DNA of 62,011 nucleotides, the filler included, from a bacterium (GTDB lineage Bacteria > JALSQH01), in assembly GCA_026985515.1 (NCBI GenBank). It is 3 parts of 3 records of this genome, joined end to end, with 100 filler letters (N's around TTAATTAATTAA, not from the genome) between each part and the next. Parts side by side here need not be neighbours in the genome. Positions count along the whole stretch, not along the records: positions 54,535 to 62,011 come from JALSQH010000225.1; 2 more parts are not named here. One strand, written 5' to 3'. Positions within the stretch are counted from its first letter, which is position 1. Each line of letters starts with the position of its first letter. Shown here one piece after another: positions 59,317 to 62,011 of the stretch. Both the position numbers and the translations under genes were made by a program. Below the pieces are notes generated by a model. It searched no databases, was not told the DNA's origin, and saw nothing but the letters and a program-made list of their open reading frames with translations.

Positions 59317-60839
59317 TCTTTCGTAAACTCAGAAATAATTGCAGGCAAATTATGGAGAAGATCAGTGGCAATTAAACCAGGTCCTCTGGTGGCCCTTTCC
59401 GCAGCGAGGGCGTGAAAATATACACCCATAACTGCAGATTTTTCAGGATCAAAACCCTGCGCAAGAAAGCCACCAACAATACCTGAGAGTATATCACCCA
59501 TTCCTCCCGTAGCCATTGCTGGATTCTCAAAAGGACTTATAAAGAGTTTACCATCAGGTGTGGAAATAAGGGTCCTGGCTCCTTTAAGAATAAGGTAAAC
59601 ATTGTGTTTCCGGGCAAAATCAAGAGCCACTTCAACACGATTATCCTGTACATCTTTTGTCTCCACTCCCATTAATCTTGCCATCTCACCAGGATGGGGG
59701 GTTAAAATGAGAGGAATTTTAACATCCTTAATAACATCAAGATCCTCTGCAAGTATGTTTAAGCCGTCAGCATCAATTACGAGTGGATATTTGAAGTATT
59801 CAAGCACATTGTAGAAAATCTTCCTGGCATTCCTATCCTTTCCAAGACCAGGTCCTACCACCGCTGCGCTTCTTGAATTCATCTCTCTGAGGAGATAGGC
59901 GGCATCCACAGAATCCACATTCTTACCTTTTCCATAAAAAAGGTACATAACCTCATAAGGCTTGCTCTCAATATAGTCCTTGAGATAATCCTGCAGTGCC
60001 ACAGTTACAAGTCCTGTACCAACTCTGTATGCAGCAAGGGCTGACATCAGCGCTGCCCCTGTCTTGCCAGGAGAACCACCCACAACCATCAAATGGCCAA
60101 ATTTGCCTTTGTGAGACTCAGGATCCCTGGGTGGCAGGTAAAGAATGTCGCAATCTGAATCAAGAAAAAAGTATTTTGGGTCTCTGTAGGCAATATGCTT
60201 CGGAAAAGAAATATCAATGACAAAAACATCACCTGCATATCTTGCACCGGGATAAGAAAACAACCCCACCTTACCAAGTCCCATTGTAAATGTTGCCTTC
60301 GCCTTAACTGCAATATCTCCAGGCTTTCCTGTAAAGGCATCAAGTCCTGAAGGAACATCCACGGCAAAAACCTCTTTGCCTGAGGCATTCATCATTTCAA
60401 TAATTGCCCTGTATTCCTCCTTTAATGGTGGTCTGAAACCTGTCCCCAGGAGTGCATCAATTATAACATCACTTGATTCAATGATCTTCTTCAGCGGTTC
60501 AGGGTTATTATGGAGAATCTCAACAGGAATTCCAAAGTTTTTCGCCACCCTGTAATTTATACCTGCGTGACCCTTCAGATCATCCTCCTCACCAGCAACT
60601 GCAATTTTCACCTGATATCCGTTGTTGAAGAGATAGCGGGCTATTACACATCCATCTCCTCCATTGTTGCCTTTACCCACAACAACGAGGATCGTGTTAT
60701 CTCTTTTCAGATATCTTTCCATGAGAATTTCTGCACTCTTCCTTCCAGCATTCTCCATCAAAACTACACCAGGAATCCCCATCTCCTCTATGGTAATTCT
60801 GTCCATCTCCTTTACTCTTTCTGGAGTCGCGAGAATCAT
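59313..60839 (-). CDS. nnr: Bifunctional NAD(P)HX epimerase/dehydratase
   Basis: LMENAG, GNNGGDG, DALLGTG, SHKGKFG, DADGLN, TPHPGE, ATGGMGD. Confidence 0.95.
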   Translation of the reverse strand: MILATPERVKEMDRITIEEMGIPGVVLMENAGRKSAEILMERYLKRDNTILVVVGKGNNGGDGCVIARYLFNNGYQVKIAVAGEEDDLKGHAGINYRVAKNFGIPVEILHNNPEPLKKIIESSDVIIDALLGTGFRPPLKEEYRAIIEMMNASGKEVFAVDVPSGLDAFTGKPGDIAVKAKATFTMGLGKVGLFSYPGARYAGDVFVIDISFPKHIAYRDPKYFFLDSDCDILYLPPRDPESHKGKFGHLMVVGGSPGKTGAALMSALAAYRVGTGLVTVALQDYLKDYIESKPYEVMYLFYGKGKNVDSVDAAYLLREMNSRSAAVVGPGLGKDRNARKIFYNVLEYFKYPLVIDADGLNILAEDLDVIKDVKIPLILTPHPGEMARLMGVETKDVQDNRVEVALDFARKHNVYLILKGARTLISTPDGKLFISPFENPAMATGGMGDILSGIVGGFLAQGFDPEKSAVMGVYFHALAAERATRGPGLIATDLLHNLPAIISEFTKE

Positions 60840-60841
60840 AT

Positions 60842-61225
60842 TTAACCCCCTTCAAGAATTACAACAGCTACAGAATACTTCCTTTCATGGGAAATTGAGC
60901 AGAAAATTTTTTCCACCCTTTTCTCTTCCAGAATTCTCTTCACCTTCTCTGAGTATACATCAATGGTAAAATTATCTCCAGATGCTTTTATTCTCACTGA
61001 TAGGGGTTTAAACATAAAACTCAATCCACAGGCCTTCCAGAATGATTCCTTGGCGGCCCATCTGCCAGCCAGAAACTGAACCCTGTTCTTCTCGTTAACT
61101 TTTGTAAAAAAATCCTCTTTCTCCCCGGGAGTAAGAATCTTATGTACAAACTTCTCCCCAAACCTCTTGAAAATTCTTTCTACTCTCTCATTCTCCACAA
61201 TATCGATTCCCACACCTATGATCAT
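60842..61225 (-). CDS. acpS: Holo-ACP synthase
   Basis: GVGIDIV, AGRWAAKE, SISHE. Confidence 0.93.
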   Translation of the reverse strand: MIIGVGIDIVENERVERIFKRFGEKFVHKILTPGEKEDFFTKVNEKNRVQFLAGRWAAKESFWKACGLSFMFKPLSVRIKASGDNFTIDVYSEKVKRILEEKRVEKIFCSISHERKYSVAVVILEGG

Positions 61226-61848
61226 TTGTGGTAATGGCCATTACTGTTAATCCACATCTGAAAAGCTTTCATATTCTTGGGAACATTTGATTTTGTCAAC
61301 CTCTTTTCAAGCCATCCAGGCACAAAGGAACTCACATGAAGTTCCGTCATGTACCTCGCAAGGGTCCTGCCTCCCTTGAGGGGATAAAGCTGCCACTCCC
61401 CATAAAGATATTTGAGATCATTCTTGAAATTGGGATCAAGGGTCCAGTTAAAATAGTATCTCTCCGGGTAGTAAGTGTGAATTACCCGGTAATAAAGTTT
61501 TACAAATAACACCTTTACCATAAACTCCACATCAACCTTATTTCCTCTCCTCCATATAAGCTTTGAATACTCAAGGTCTGGCAGATACTTATACTGATCC
61601 TCCGGGTGGATCATCAATCTCCACACATCTGTTACAGGCCTGTTGAAGATCAGATAGGCACCAATAAGGGCATGATCTGTGTCCCCAACCTTTTTAACCT
61701 CAGTGGTTAAAACAACTTCACCCTTCTCAAGTTTTTTCCATTGTTCAGGTGTCAGGTGTGGTAGAGAGGGGATTCTGTTACCTGCTAACAGGAAAAGAGG
61801 AAAAAGAAAAATTACCGTAATAAATACACCTTTTACCACTCTATTCAT
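61222..61848 (-). CDS. Exported SRPBCC/START-fold (polyketide cyclase-like) protein
   Basis: Signal peptide; VTDVW...Y.YLP, GEWQL.P...TLARY, VPGWL. Confidence 0.7.
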   Translation of the reverse strand: MNRVVKGVFITVIFLFPLFLLAGNRIPSLPHLTPEQWKKLEKGEVVLTTEVKKVGDTDHALIGAYLIFNRPVTDVWRLMIHPEDQYKYLPDLEYSKLIWRRGNKVDVEFMVKVLFVKLYYRVIHTYYPERYYFNWTLDPNFKNDLKYLYGEWQLYPLKGGRTLARYMTELHVSSFVPGWLEKRLTKSNVPKNMKAFQMWINSNGHYHK

Positions 61849-61910
61849 TCCATACCTCCATCAATTATGCAATTATACTACATTCAGCAACACAGCAAAA
61901 GCAAAAAATT

Positions 61911-62011
61911 TCATTCCACCTCCCCCATCCATTCCACCCTCTTTGATGAGGTGATTATCACAATCTTTTTAAGTTCCGGCAAACCCTTATCCTTCACATA
62001 GGGGGGCAACT
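61911..62011 (-). CDS. 3' end of an upstream CDS, truncated by the window edge
   Basis: Open minus frame ...LPPYVKDKGLPELKKIVIITSSKRVEWMGEVE*. Confidence 0.4.
   Translation of the reverse strand, partial: LPPYVKDKGLPELKKIVIITSSKRVEWMGEVE

Noticed and set aside
1-62011. Numerous short antisense or nested ORFs in the track; tRNA, rRNA, IS elements
   Set aside because: The short ORFs shadow well-supported genes. No cloverleaf, rRNA, transposase or integrase was recognised by eye; tRNAscan-SE and Infernal would be decisive.

Overview
Compact, mostly housekeeping window from an AT-rich diderm bacterium. Gene order (acpS-nnr-tsaE-lysC-cimA; pheA-hisC-tyrA-aroA-cmk-ispH-rpsA), sigma54-type promoters and SOR/Prx suggest an anaerobic, possibly thermophilic deltaproteobacterium-like organism; this is inference only. 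The window is three contigs joined by artificial N-TTAATTAATTAA-N linkers (27209-27308, 54435-54534), so adjacency across them is not biological. Main content: aroC, gyrA, lgt, ppiD, an 11-subunit complex I-like operon without nuoEFG, peroxiredoxin plus superoxide reductase, a MoxR AAA+ ATPase with a truncated partner, a 14-repeat RCC1 lipoprotein, a frameshifted LarA-family gene, an LmtA-like lipid A methyltransferase, alr-mlaEFD, RACo, dtd, the aromatic/cmk/rpsA cluster and an M6 protease. The best candidate for an undescribed system is a soluble PAS histidine kinase followed by a sigma54-type promoter and three genes: Roadblock/LC7, a 4-Cys V4R-like protein and a REC-DUF4388(PATAN)-Roadblock regulator, with no small GTPase (41714-45174). 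Several divergent junctions carry symmetric -10 pairs and apparently leaderless starts. No rRNA, tRNA, CRISPR array or transposase was recognised. All family calls come from motif recognition by eye, not from database searches.
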